This document shows positions 27,775 to 40,788 of a DNA stretch of 64,000 nt, piece by piece. Made by a program: the position numbers and the translations under genes. Where the stretch lies: assembly GCA_965178125.1 (NCBI GenBank), contig OZ237765.1, positions 248,001 through 312,000 of the forward strand, given 5' to 3'. The notes beneath the pieces are model-generated. The model did no database searches, was not told the origin of the DNA, and saw nothing but the letters and a program-made list of their open reading frames with translations. This DNA is from Bilabrum cf. latius. Lineage: Eukaryota. Every line of letters starts with the position of its first letter. Position 1 is the stretch's first letter.

Positions 27775-30684
27775 TCACATGACGCTTCGCCGGAACCTGT
27801 AGGTGAAGAGCTTCCCGATGGAGTCCACCGCGGCGTTAATCGTGTCAACCCAGTGGCTGGCCTCCCCCACGATGCTCACACCCTCCTGCTGCAAGACCGG
27901 TCGCAAGTAGTAGGTCCGTCGCCTGGGATGCGCCACCTCGAACGCCTCTGGGTACTTGGCGCGCATCCCGTCCGCCTGGGAGGGCCCCGCCAGTGTCCCC
28001 GTGAGGTCGATGCTCGCCTTCGCCTCGGAGGGAGCAGCGTCCGTGTCGTAGTAGTACAGCCACACGGCGGTAATCACCTCGTCCAGGAGGATACCTTTGC
28101 CCACCTCGGTCGGCTGCCAGCCCACGGTGTCGGGCCCAACCACCCGCACCTCCGTGTGGACCACAACCCGGAAGAACCGCTGGCTCCAAGACCGGAACAT
28201 GCCCTTGGAGGCCTTCTTCCACAGCCAGCCCTTGAGCACGCATCGCCTGAGAGTCTGCCCCTCCGCGAGCTCTAGCACCTGCCTCCCCTGGCGAACCCTC
28301 GCGCGGAACTTTCGTCGGTGCTCCAGGGGCGGGAGGGCGGCCAGGGCACGCCTCGCACTCTCCTTGATGTTCTCCACGTACTCGTCCTCGGACATGTCTC
28401 CGCGGCCGCCAGAGGCACTGCCTCCATCGCCCACCCCCTCTCCGTCCTCCTCGATGCTCCCACTTGCTCGCGGGCCCCCGCCTAGGCTGCCACGCGACTC
28501 GCCAGACCCGCGGCTGCGGCCGTAGCTCCCCCCACGGCCACCGCTTCCAGCCTCTCGACCATACCCCGCCATCGATCCTGCTGCCGCGCCACTGCCCACG
28601 CCCATACCACCGGCCATTCGGTGGTCAAACTCGTCCCCTCTGTCAACACCCATGCGGCCACTGCCGCCAGCCCCGCCGTAGCTCTAGCTGCTCTCCTCGT
28701 CATACCCAGCCCCTGATCCGATCCCGGCTCCTGATCCGATCCCACGGCCCCCCATCCTGATCCTCCTCTCGCCCAGCTCAGCGTCGCGCTCGTCCTCCTC
28801 CTCGCCATCGCCGTACGCAGGCTCCATCTCGCGACCCATGTTCCGGTGCCCGCGTCCCATCCCCGCCCCACTCGTCACGCGCCCCGCAGAGCCTCGCCCC
28901 ATCCTACTCGTCACACCGGCAGAACCCTCCGTCCCGTCCCTGCTGCCACTGCCCCGGCTCGCAATGCTGCTTAGCTCACCGTCCCAGGCCCCTCCCCCCC
29001 GGGTTACGCCCCCCCCGAGGGCCTCCCTCTCCTCGGGTGTCCACGCCTCACTCGTCACATCGGCACCCGCCCTTGTTCCCCGGTGCGACGCTGCGAGGCT
29101 GGGGTCGGCGGGGATGCGCGCGCTCACGCCGGCGAAGGCCTGCTGCCCCTGCCCATACTCCATGCTGCCACCGGGGGACGAGTCGGAGCGGGCCGCGACT
29201 GCGGCTTCGTCGCCTCTGGAGCGACGCAGCCCGTCAGATTCTCGATCCCAGCGCTTCTGGTCCGACTACTCCTGCTGCTGCTGCTGCTGGATCCGGCCCA
29301 GGCCCAGCCCCCTCCCCGGCATGACCTGGGCGTCGTCATCGTGTCCCCCCTGGCCGGGACCCACCCTGCTGGCCAGAGGGGCCGCACCGGACGACGGCGA
29401 TATTCGGTGTGACGAGTGACCCCCCTGTTGGGAGGCCATTTCCTGCGCGCTCCTCAGGGGCCCCTCGGCGTCCAGGGCCAGGTCCGTCCCCATTGCGGGG
29501 ACACCCCCGTCGTTCGAGGCGGCGAAGCTCCCGGCCTCCCCGGACCCGTTCCTGCTGCCGGTCCTGCCCCCCGTTTGGCTGCTCTCGTCGCTCTCGAAGC
29601 TCTTGCCCAGCGCACCGTACTGGTTCCCTCCCTTCCCGGCACCTGGAGAGTGCTCGATCCCCACCCCTCCGGAGGCGTCCGAGCTGCTGAAGGCTGGGCC
29701 CTGCTGGCCGAGCGCCTGGGCCGCAGTGCCGGTCACCAAGGCCTGGTCCCTGGGAGAAGAGTTTCTGCGGACGAGTGCGCGGTGGGAAGCTCCCGCGTCC
29801 GGGGAATTCGCCCCGCCCCCCACCTCACCGTGTGCTCCTTCCAAAGGACCGTCCTCGTCTAGAGAGCTGCCTCCCGCCGCGTGACTGGTTTGCCTGCCCG
29901 ATGATGATTGCAATGCATCCGTTACGATTGGATTCGTGGATCCTGCTCGGCTGCTGCCGCCACTCGCAGCTTCCCTGTTGGTGCTCCCGGCACGAGAATC
30001 ACTGTCACCGCCGCCGCCGCGGCCTCTGCCAGGGCGAGCCAGGCCGTTGCCGGCGTCGCTCTTTTCTTCATTCCCTGTTGCAGATGCTGCTGCTTTCGAT
30101 TCACCAGCTGCTGGCAGTCGCGCTGAGCTGCTCTGTTCTGATGCGCCTGCACCGAACTAACCCGATGCTTGGGAGCTCGACCCTAGGCGCAGTAGGCTCC
30201 TCCCGACGCTTGCTCCGCTAGATGGTGGAGTAGTTTCGCTGCCTGGCTCACCTGTCCCGTGCTCGCTCGGTGACCTAGATGTCGATGGAGTTGGATTCAG
30301 CGACGACGCCGCAGATTTCTTGCCTGTCTTTCCTTTCAGGCTCAGAAGGCTCCTACCGCTAGACCCAGCCTTCAATGTTAGCTTACTGCGCGCAGCTGAG
30401 CCAGTAAGAGATGCAGTGCTCTCCGTATCCGTGCGCTACGAGGATGGAATTCTAAGCCTGCTTGAGCTAGCGCCGTGTTGTGCAACTTGAAGTGTGGACG
30501 GCTAGGCTCCTTGTCCTCGGGACCCCAATTTGAGCAAGCTTCTCCCAGCTGATGGCCCACCGCCGGCTTTGGCTAGAAGCATTCTCCCACCCGACGGACG
30601 CGGCCCCTGCGGTCCCTGCGGTCGACTGGGAACGCTGCCGCCCGCTTTATCCCCTGCCCTTGTTCCAGGACTAGTTGCCGACAT
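27775..30684 (-). CDS. Low-complexity protein with a C-terminal pleckstrin-homology (PH) domain, ~969 aa
   Basis: PH signature VLKGWLWKKASKGMFRSWSQRFF...LYYYD...IDL...FEV..PRRTYYL...WVDTINAA. Frame runs through TAG 30502, 30436, 30157, 29266 and 28684. Stop TGA at 27775. Confidence 0.85.
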
Positions 30685-30921
30685 ACTGCGTTCAAACACG
30701 TGCTTTCAGCACTCCAAAGCTTTGTTTGAACTAATCTAAAACGCGAAGTATGCAGCTTGCAACTGGCTAGGGCGGCGTGTCGATGCCGCGTTCATGTCCG
30801 TCGCAAATCGACATCCACACATCCACACGTTGCAACCGCCGCCGGCGGCGGCTGATGACCAAGATTCGTTCGTTCGTTCGCTGGCCAATCACAGTCTTAC
30901 TTCCATCAGGCTAGCCGACCT

Positions 30922-32534
30922 ATGTCAAGCTCAACCGAGGTAGGGGTTGCATTTGCTTTGGTCATTGGTTCAGGGCTGGCAACGGGATTGGGAGCCGCTC
31001 TAGTGTTCTGGAATAGCTGCATCGCGCTGGCAAATCGCAAGGTTCTAGCAGGATGTCTAGCAGTCTCAGCAGGCGTGATGCTTTACGTTTCGTTTATTGA
31101 GATTTTTATCAAATCGCTTGATGGTTTCAGCGAGTCTGGCCTGTCTGAGTCCGCAGCGTACGCGGTTACTACTACTAGTTTTTTTTCGGGCATGCTGATC
31201 ATTGTGCTGCTTGACGTCCTGGTTCGATTCATTGACCCTACTGCCGCCGAAATAACGCATGCTGACGAAGTAGATCTTCCCTCGGGCCAGCGTCTCTAGC
31301 ATGATCTGTCCCTGCCGGACCACGAGCCCGAATACAGCGAGTTCCAATCCGGTAAAGTCAGCCCCCCAGGCCGCCTGTCAAAGAACGCGTCTGCCCCAAG
31401 CTACGGCTCAAAAGAGTCATCAGAGGCCGAAAGCAGACATCTCGAAAGCGTTGCCTCTCCGCAAGCAGTTGAACTGGGCTCAAGACCCAGAATGGACGAA
31501 TCGGCAGGAGCGAGCAACGCCTCCGGGGCCTGCAAGGCGAGCACAGGGAATGCAGCAGCTGCTTCGGTTGGTCAGGGCGCAGACGAATCCCCGACGGAAA
31601 TGGCTGCTGATTTGGAGAGCGGTCTTGGTCGCGGGTCCTAGCCCGAGGAGTCGGAAGAGCAGCACGCCGAGCGAGCCGCTAGCCAACCAGAGGACGCAGC
31701 CAAAGCGGCGGGGGCCTCCGGTTGTAGCGATGCGGCCACTACTAGCAGCGGGACGGCGGTCCAAGTCGGTCGCAAGCGCACCTAGCCGGCCCAACAGCTG
31801 TAGTAGCGGGTCTCAGACGACTCGGAATCACAAAATGCCGCCCCCCCAGCCGATCCGAGGCTGATGCGCATGGGGCTGATGACGGCCATCGCGCTGGGTC
31901 TTCACAATCTTCCGGAGGGGCTGGCTACACTGGTGGGTGAGTAGAATGCGAAATGCAACGGGGTTACATTTCGCTGACCCCCCCTCGCTTCCACTGGGCT
32001 AGGGAGGGCAGCACCTGCACCCCTTAATGCTCGCATGCCGAGTCCCTGACTATCATCATACCTGCCCCATTCTCGATCCCATGTGTCGCATTCGGATCAT
32101 CGCATGTTTTCGCGCCCTGTCATATCACTCATCACACCTACGCAGGAGCACTGGATGACCCCAGGGTGGGGGCGGGGTTGGCAGTGGCGATTGGACTCCA
32201 CAACATCCCCGAGGGAATCAGCGTGGCACTTCCGGTTTACTACGCTACGGGGTCGAGGTGGAGGGCCTTCGGGTACGCGTTGTTGTCCGGGGTGGCCGAG
32301 CCAATTGGGGCACTCATCGGGTGGCTGGCCCTCCGGTCCACCGCAGACGGGGACATTTCGCCGATGGCTTACGGAGTCGTGTTCGGGCTGGTGGGCGGGA
32401 TGATGACGTACCTGTGTTTCCACGAGTTGATTCCAACGGCGCTGCGGTACGATCCCAAGAATGAAGTCACGACCAGGTGCATCGTAGGGGGCATGGCTGT
32501 GATGGCGCTTTCGCTGGTGCTGTTCTAGCTGTAA
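30922..32534 (+). CDS. zupT: ZIP (ZupT/GufA-type) zinc transporter, ~467 aa
   Basis: SAGVMLYVSFIEI, ALGLHNLPEGLA, AIGLHNIPEGISVALP, SGVAEPIGA, GMMTYLCFHELIP. Intron 31937..32145. TAG at 31297, 31639, 31783, 31801, 31804 and 32526. Stop TAA at 32532. Confidence 0.92.
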
Positions 32535-32974
32535 GGGGTGAAAGGTGAGGGGTGGGGGCGGGATGGGATGGGAGGGAGAGAAATTTGATCGCTCTTAGCA
32601 GGCTGTGTATTTGATCGCAATGGCCCCTGGTGCAGATCTGCCGGTGGTGCGCCCACGAGCTGCTCAAGGTGATTTAAAGCCACAGCGCCACGTGTGGCTC
32701 CATAGTATACTTTTATATGGAACATGCATTATATGACTTGGCCCGGACCTCTCACTGGCGGGGGCTTGGTGTAGGTGGCATGATTGCCTCCGCTCGCGTA
32801 AAGTGCACTGCACGGTTGTGTTTTCCATGGATGGGCGCGAGGCGCGGCGGTAGAACTACCACAAGCATCCCATCGCTTCCTAGATCGCTTCAAGGGCTTG
32901 AAGCTTGCGGCAGAGGCGGGTCTGCATCGGATTGGGACTACGTTAGCAGTCGTTTGCGGCTGTCTTCGTCTAAT

Positions 32975-35900
32975 ATGAATTTCTGGCGCCATCTGGGCCT
33001 TGCGCTGTGGAAGACATGGTTGTGAGATTCAGAAATAATCGCTAGAGACAGTATTTCACAACCACTAAACGCATGATAGCATGTATATATATTCTTTATG
33101 GCCAACTGATTGCAGAACCAAGGTGCGGAACACATGTTCCTGCCTGTGCGAGTTTTTCCTTCCGGTGATCTTCGTTGGGCTCATGGTCGCGCTTTACGGC
33201 AGTTCCCATCCACAAGACGTCCCAGACACGACGTATGAATGCAGCAGTACTGCAATGACTGGCTGTGAGACGCTGTGGAGGCCTGCGAGCTCTTTGCTGG
33301 TCTAGTTGTGATTTCATGCGCGATCGTGGTTTGCCTGCGCTCTTTCGTTATCCGCAGCCCGGTTCGACTTTGCGCTGCTGCCATACGCTTTGAATATAAC
33401 GAATCAACGGCTTGCTATCGTTGGCGATGATACTGCGAGGTCCAATTTCCTGGACCATCTGGCGGACTGGTACCCTGGCCTGGATCCCGTCACCGCCGAC
33501 AAGCTGAAGTGCGAGGCCCTTGAGGTGACGCCCCTGGCCGTGCCCCCGTACGCCACTCGCGGCGGAGAAGGGGAAGAAGCCCGCGCTGCGGGTAAGCACG
33601 AAAACCTCTTCGGCGAGCCCGTGGTGGACGACGGCGCTACCGTCGCGACCGCCAACCCCGGCGTCGTGCTGGAATTCGACTCCGAATCCTCCATGGAGTC
33701 GTACGCGACTTCCTCGTCCTACGGCCGCGGCGACCACCCGTCCATTTACGCCGCCGTCGTGCTGTCCTCGGAGGGCCCCGACTGGTCCTACACCATCCGA
33801 GGCAACTCGAGCTTCCTGCCCCCCCTGCAGCCCAGCGTCAACCCCTACCAGCGGGACGTGACCCAGGGAACAATCGACAAGTACCTCTTCGCCGACTGGT
33901 TCAGCCCAGCCAGCGCCATGCCGGGAGCCAGCCACGATCTCCTCACCGCGCCCGCCTCGTTCTCCAGCATCCAGCTTGCTGTTGACAGGTACATCCTCGG
34001 GACGGCGGCACCGAGTAACGACTCCGGGTCCTCCGCGGCCTCTCTCGGCCTCGTGGCTGCGACGCTGCTGGAATTCAACTGCTCGGGAGCCCTGGATGAT
34101 CCGATCCTGGTGGGCAAGGTGGCGGATTTGCTCCGGTCTACGACCCTGTCCCCGCAGCGGGTGCAGGTGACCCCGTTTCCCATCACCGCTTTCAAGGGCA
34201 ACCAGTTCTTCAGCGCGGTGTCTCAGGTGTTCGGGCTCTTCCTGGTGCTGGGGTACTTTTATCCCGTGTCTCAGGTGATCGGATCGATCGTCAGCGAGAA
34301 GGAGACCAAAATTAGGGAGGGCATGCAGATGATGGGCATGGCGCCTGGGGCACTCGGGGGCGCGTGGCTCATCTACTTCTTCACGCAGTTCGGCGTGATT
34401 GCCATCATCAGCGCGACTCTGTTGAACTCGACTATGCTCAAGCATTCGAGCGGGGGGCTGCTGCTCCTGCAGTTCTGGCTGTTTGGGCTCAGCTGCACGG
34501 CCCTAGGCTACCTGCTGTCCACGTTCTTCAGTCGGTCCAAAATCGCTGCAGTCGTGGGCACCATCGTCTACGTGGCCGCGTTCTTCCCCTACTTTGCCGT
34601 GGACAACCCCGAGAAGGGCCACGGGGGCAAGATCGCTGCCTCTATCCTCTCACCCGTGGCCTTTGGCATCGGGCTGCAGGTCGTCTCGGACGTGGAGGCC
34701 AACGGGGTGGGTCTGACGATGGCCAACGTTAACATCCCCGTGGACAACGTGACCTTCGCGGAGACGCTGCTCATGCTGGCCGTGGACACGGTGCTCTACC
34801 TCGCCCTGGGATGGTACTTTGACAACGTAATCCCCCAGGAATTCGGAGTGGCCAAGCCCTGGTACTTCCCCGTGTCTCCGGACTACTGGTGCGGGGAGGG
34901 CGGGATGTGCCCCTTGAGGACGCAGCCCCCCGCGGACTACGACAATGACGGCCGCCAGCGGGTCTCCAGCGGGACCAGCAGTGTGACGAGTGCGGGAATG
35001 GAGGACGAGTCGGATCGCGGCGTGGAGCTCCGCGGGAAGAAGCCCCTCCTGGCTGCATCCGATGGCGCGGGCGAAGGCCTCTCGCCTGTGGGCACTGCCA
35101 AGGAGGGCAGGCGGGGCGCGGTGATCGAGGGGGTCGGAAGCCACCTCAAGCAGCTGGCCAACTAGGGCAGGAACATCAAGGTCAGGGGCCTGCGGAAGGA
35201 GTTCGACACGCCGGATGGAATCAAGGTGGCGGTGGACGACCTGGACATCGACATGTACGAGGGCCAGGTGTTCGCCCTCCTGGGACTCAACGGGGCGGGC
35301 AAGAGCACCACCATCAGCATGCTCACGGGCCTGATCGGCCCCAGCAAGGGCTACGCCAGCATCAAGGGGATGGACATCACCACCGGCATGGACAAGATCA
35401 GGCAGTCCATGGGGGTGTGTCCCCAGCACGACGTGCTCTGGGGAGAACTCACCGTCAAGGAGCACCTTCAGTTCTTCGCGGCCCTCAAGGGCGTCCCCGC
35501 TGACGAGGTGGACAAAGAGGTCGCGCAGAAGATCCGGGAGGTGGGTCTCACGGAGAAGGTCGAGGCGCCCTCGGCCTCCCTCTCCGGTGGCATGAAGCGC
35601 AAGCTGAGCGTGGCGATCGCGCTGATCGGAGGAAGCAAAGTCGTGTTCCTAGACGAGTGCACGAGCGGGATGGACCCGTGGTCCAGGCGAAGCACATGGG
35701 AGGTCATTTAGAACAACAAGGACGGCAGGATCATCGTCATGACGACACACTTCATGGACGAGGCCGACATTTTGGGAGACAGGATCGGGATCATGGCCGA
35801 CGGGAGGGTGCGTTGCTGCGGCAGCAGCATGTTCCTCAAGCAGCACTTCGGAGTCGGCTACAACCTGACCATGGTCAAGGAGCAGGACTGCACGGAGCAG

Positions 35901-38900
35901 AACGAGCTGGCCATCCAGGAAGCTGTCGAGAGGGCCGTGCCCGAGCAGGAACTCCTCTCCAACGTGGGTCTGGAGATCTCCTTTTAGATCCCCATGGGCG
36001 CCTCCAAGCACTTTCCCGGACTGTTCCGGGAACTAGAGCGGAGGAAGGACGAGCTCCGGATCGACAACTACGGGATCGGAGTCACCACCCTAGAGGAGGT
36101 GTTCCTCAAGGTCGCGGAGGAGTCCGAGGAGGAGGCCGCGCGCCTGCAGGAGCAGAAGCTGCATCAGGAGAGCAGAAACCTCGCGGCCGCCTCCCTCAAC
36201 GCCGGCGGGGCCGGGGCTCTGGGAGCCTTGGAGGGCGGGTTCGGGTCCGGGGGTGCTGCCGGCATCATGAGCAGCAAGAGGGACGACGACGAGATCTCGA
36301 TCAACGGCGGCGCGGTGCACTCTGACGGGTACGCCCCGCCCTCAAACGTGTCGGATGCGCTTCTTTCGGGCGGTGGCGGCAGTGAGAGCGGCAAGGTCGG
36401 GTCTTCGTCCTCCCGGGCGCACGGCGGGAGGAAGAAGCACCGGGTCATCGACACGTACGAGCGAGCCAAGCAGCAGCCCGAGGGATGCGACATATTCGTC
36501 ACACACTTCGTGGTGCTCCTCTGGAAGCGGTTCCGCTACGCCGCGCGCGACACGAGGGCACTCCTGTGCCAGCTGCTCATCCCTGTGGTGGTGCTGTCCC
36601 TGGGCCTCGCCCTGCTCAAGGCAGCCACTGCCCCGCCCCAGCAGCCCGTCATAATGAGCACCAGCCAGTTCAACGCGGCGCTCGGAGCCCCCGAGGGGGC
36701 AGAGTCTCCCAACCTGCTGCCATTCGGGTACGGCGGGGGCAACCGCACCGCCAAGCAGGACCCGCACCTCGCGTCCAACGCCAAGTCCTGGGCCGCCATG
36801 ATCCCCAGCAGCGATTCCCAGGTGTACGACGCAACCTCCAGCGTACCGCAGTACGCAAACGCCGCCAACTACACTGAGCCCGCGGGCTGCAACATATCCT
36901 TCAACCCCCTCGTGGGCGTCCCAAGCACCTACTTCTTCGGGTTCGACCCCGAGTACTCGAACGCCCGCACCTGGGCCATGTCCGAGTGGCTGCTGCACAC
37001 CAAGAAGCAGCCGGAGGGCGGGGCCTCGCGGTTCGGGGCCGTGTGGCTGGAGCGGCTGGACAAGCAGGGGCAATTCGGCAGCGAGACCACAGAGGCGGAA
37101 GAGGGCGCGGCTGATATGTACGGGCGCCTGTACGAAGAGTCTGCCGTCGACGGGTCGTTCACGGGGCTGCCCAGCTCGTGGGTGGAAGCGGCTGACGTGG
37201 GCGAGCTGGAGTGGGCCATGGGGGAGGAAGCGGCCCGCTATGCACGCGCTGCCGGTGTGCTCCTGCGACCCGACGGAAGCGTCGCGTCCTTGCGCGACTT
37301 GCTTCGCAGCCACGCCAGCCAGCAGCGACCGGTCGTCGGGGGTGTCCCCAAGGCGGCTCGGGAGGGCGTGGCTCACCTGACTTTGTTCGCCAACACCACG
37401 GCCCCCGCCAGCGTGCCCACTTTCCTGAGCCTCGCCAACGACGCGCTGCTGCGGTTCTTCTCGGGGGCGGCACCGGGCTCCAGCTCGCCCTCGATCACGC
37501 TGTCCAGCAAGCCGCTGCCGCTCACCAAGGCTGAGAACTCGAGGAACACGAGCATCGGCAGCTTCGTGGCCGTACTGTTCTTCACGATCGCCTTCTCTTT
37601 CATCCCTGCCCAGTACGCCGTGTTTGTGGTCAAGGAGCGCGAGATCAACGCAAAGCACCAGCAGCTCATCTCGGGGGTCAGCATCCCAGCCTACTGGCTG
37701 TCTACCTTCGCGTTCGACGCGATGACGTACATCATCCCGGGAGGGCTGTCCATCGTCCTGGTGGTGGCGTTTGGGATCCACGACCTGACAGACGGGGCCT
37801 CCATGGGAGCAACCATCGTGCTCATCATGATGTACGGTGTCTCCGTGGCCGCATTCACATACTGCGTATCGTACGCCTTTGGGTCCCACAGCACGGCCCA
37901 GATCGCCGTCCTGGTGCTCAACCTGTGCTGCATGCTGCTGCTGATCGCCTCGTTCGTCATGCAGCAGATCGAGAGCACCTGCAAGGCAGACAGGGCCCTG
38001 AGGTACGTGTACAGGATCCTCCCGGGATACTCAATGGGCAACGGGCTCATGCAGCTGTCCCTGCTCAAGAGCCTCAACTTCTTCGACACCAACTGCGGGG
38101 AGCTGACTCCGGAGCAGATGCTCAACCGCCATTTCACGGCGTGGTCGATGGAGGTGGCGGGCTGGCCCGTGCTGTACATGTGCATCGAGACGGTCGTGTA
38201 CTTTTTGGTCGCGATCGGCATCGACATCCTCCTGTCGTACCCCTCGCTCAAGGCAGCCGTGCTCCCCGACAAGGACATCCCCATGGACGACGACGATGCG
38301 GACGAGGACGTGCGGGAGGAGGCCTCGAGGGTGGAGCGAGGAGGGGCCAAGGAGGACCTGCTCGTGCTGAAGGGCCTCAGGAAGATCTACGGAGGAGCCA
38401 AGGCCGCGGTCCGCAGGCTCCAGTTCGGGGTGCCCCGGGGGCAGGTGTTCGGTCTCCTCGGGATCAACGGGGCCGGCAAGACGACCGCGTTCAAGATGCT
38501 GTCCGGTGACATCGTGCCTACCTCGGGCACGGCCACCATCTCGGGCCACGACGTGCTCAGGGAACAGATCGAGTGCAGGCGGCTCATCGGCTACTGCCCC
38601 CAGTTCGACGCCATCCTGGACCTGCTGAGCGTGAGGGAGCACCTCGAGATGTACGCGCGGATCAAGGGGGTGCCAAGCGATCAGCTGGAGCAGGTGGTGC
38701 AGGCCAAGATGCAGCAGATGGACCTGCCAAAGTTCGAGCACAAGCTCGCAGGCTCCCTGTCCGGAGGCAACAAGCGCAAGCTGAGCGTGGGCATCGCGCT
38801 GATCGGCAACCCGAGCCTCGTCATGTTGGACGAGCCCTCGACGGGCGTGGACCCAGTGGCCCGCCGCAAGATGTGGGACATTATCACCTAGGTGGCTACG

Positions 38901-40367
38901 GAGCGGAAGACCTGCAGCGTGGTGCTGACCACCCATTCGATGGAGGAATGCCAGGCGCTCGCGTAGAGGGTCGGCATCCAGGTGGGGGGACGGCTCAGGT
39001 GCCTCGGCAGCATCCAGCACCTCAAGCACAGGTTTGGGAGGGGCTACACGGCCGAGATCAAGCTGGATCCCGCCGAGGCAGACCACATCGCGCGGGTGAA
39101 GACGTTCATGTCCGGCTACATCTCGATCGTGGAGGGCGCGAGCGTGGTGCAAGCCGCCGCCGTGCAGCCCCTGTGCGAGCATCTGGGGGACGACTCTCGG
39201 TACAGGATGATCCACCCATCGGGGAGCGGCTGGGCCATCGCAAGCGAGCTGCAGAACCAGGGCAAGTGCGACGCTCACGTGTTTGCGGAGTGGTGGGCCT
39301 TTGAGTCGCTGGGGGCGGCGCTGCACCAGTTCATCACGGACAACTTCCAGGGCGCCTCGCTGGTGGAGAGGCACGGGGAACACTTCCGGTACTCGCTGCC
39401 GGAGTAGTCCGACATGCCCCTGTCCGAGATTTTCGCTCGGGTGGAGGGGGGCAAGCAGCGGCTCCGGATCTCGACGTACAGCCTGAGCCAGACCACGCTC
39501 GAGCAGATCTTCAACCTCTTCGCCTCCCAGCAGGAGGAGGAGAAGGGGTCCGCCCGTGGGATGCAGTCCGCCGTCGCCAGACGAGGCTCGCTGGACGACA
39601 GCGACGAAGAGACTGGTCGGGGCCCGGGGAAGAAGGGCGGTGCGGGAGGGGGCGCAGCGGGGTCTGGCGCCGCGGTGGTCCTCGGAGCGAGTCGGAGCAG
39701 TGGTGGTGCCGTGGCCCGCGCGGCGGACCAGGCGGTTGCAACCACTCTCAGGGAACAGCAGGCAGCCAGTGCGCGCGGGACAGACGGCCGCGGGGGCTCG
39801 GTCGCGGACACCGGCAGTGTGACGAGTGAAGGGCAGGAGGCGTGGTGGCACGCGGCGCGCAAGGAGCTCCCGGTGAACGAGGACGCGCTGAGGAGCGGCA
39901 GCATCACCACGGACGACGGCGAATCGATCGCGAGCGGGTCTGCCAGCGAGGGCGAGGGGCATGGCGACCAGGGAACAAGAGGTGTGGCCATCGGGCAGAG
40001 CGCGAGGAGGGGCGGAGGGGGAGCCCCCAACGGTGGCATGGGGGGCAGGCAGCAGTCGCTTGTGGCTGCAGCCAGGGACGAGATGGGCGGATCGCAGGCC
40101 GCGAGGGCCGTGGGGCTGATCCCTCCGCGCTCGTCACATCAAGGGGGCTCCAGTGGTGCGCATCAGACGGCTGGCGCGCAGGGGGCGAGCGCGATGGTGA
40201 TGCCTGCGGCGTCCAGGGGCGGATCCATGTCGTCCGGCACGGGGACAGATGGGGAATTCGAAGCTGGTCGCGTGGTCGGTGGCTCGATGGATTCCGGGAC
40301 GGAGTCGGGCAGGGACGCGGCGGCTTCCTTTGTGGATCAGGGGAATTGGTGGGAGCAGGGCAGGTGA
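32975..40367 (+). CDS. ABCA: Full-length ABCA-subfamily lipid transporter (2 TMD + 2 NBD), ~2401 aa
   Basis: Walker [10 protein letters not shown] and GINGAGKTT, signatures LSGGMKRKL and [21 protein letters not shown] and [20 protein letters not shown] and TTHSMEEC, and TTLEEVF. Introns 33022..33115 and 33265..33357. TAG at 35163, 35709, 35985, 38889, 38964 and 39405. Stop TGA. Confidence 0.95.
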
Positions 40368-40788
40368 GCAGGCAAGCGCGCTCGCTCGGCCGAGCAGTGT
40401 TGGCAGGGAGGCAGGCAATCCCCGGAGACTGTTCGGCGAGATTCGATCCGGCGCACCATGGCGCTTGTGATGCGTACCCATTGGTGAGCATGTAGCTATC
40501 TCTACCCATCGTGGGCTGGGATGTAGGCACATGCTGCATCGATTCGGGTGCCCATGCAGGTGTGGCTGTTGTGACCGCCCGTTCGAGAGGCTGTGCGCTT
40601 GTCGGCCGCTTGCTCCGTTGAAAGTTAAGTTTCTAGCAAGATCTGCTAGATTGCTTTTGCAGATTATAGGTACCACAATACCAAATTCGAGTGTTTGTAG
40701 CTCAGTGCTAAGCTCACTATCAAGTGCGACGAACCTTCCGAAGCAGCTACTTAGCGCAGCGATACTAGGAAGCGATTAGGCACTACCA

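Noticed and set aside
29922-29924. Apparent in-frame TAA in the PH-domain gene (ORF 29922..30152)
   Set aside because: That ORF is in a different frame; the real frame (30157-29913) reads through without TAA.
30865-30881. (TTCG)4 in the divergent promoter between the PH-domain and ZIP genes
   Set aside because: Short microsatellite with no evidence of function.
36342-39962. Long antisense and alternative-frame ORFs (e.g. 36342..37889, 38031..39962 and many others)
   Set aside because: These are shadow ORFs expected from high-GC3 coding sequence on the opposite strand, with no recognisable motifs.
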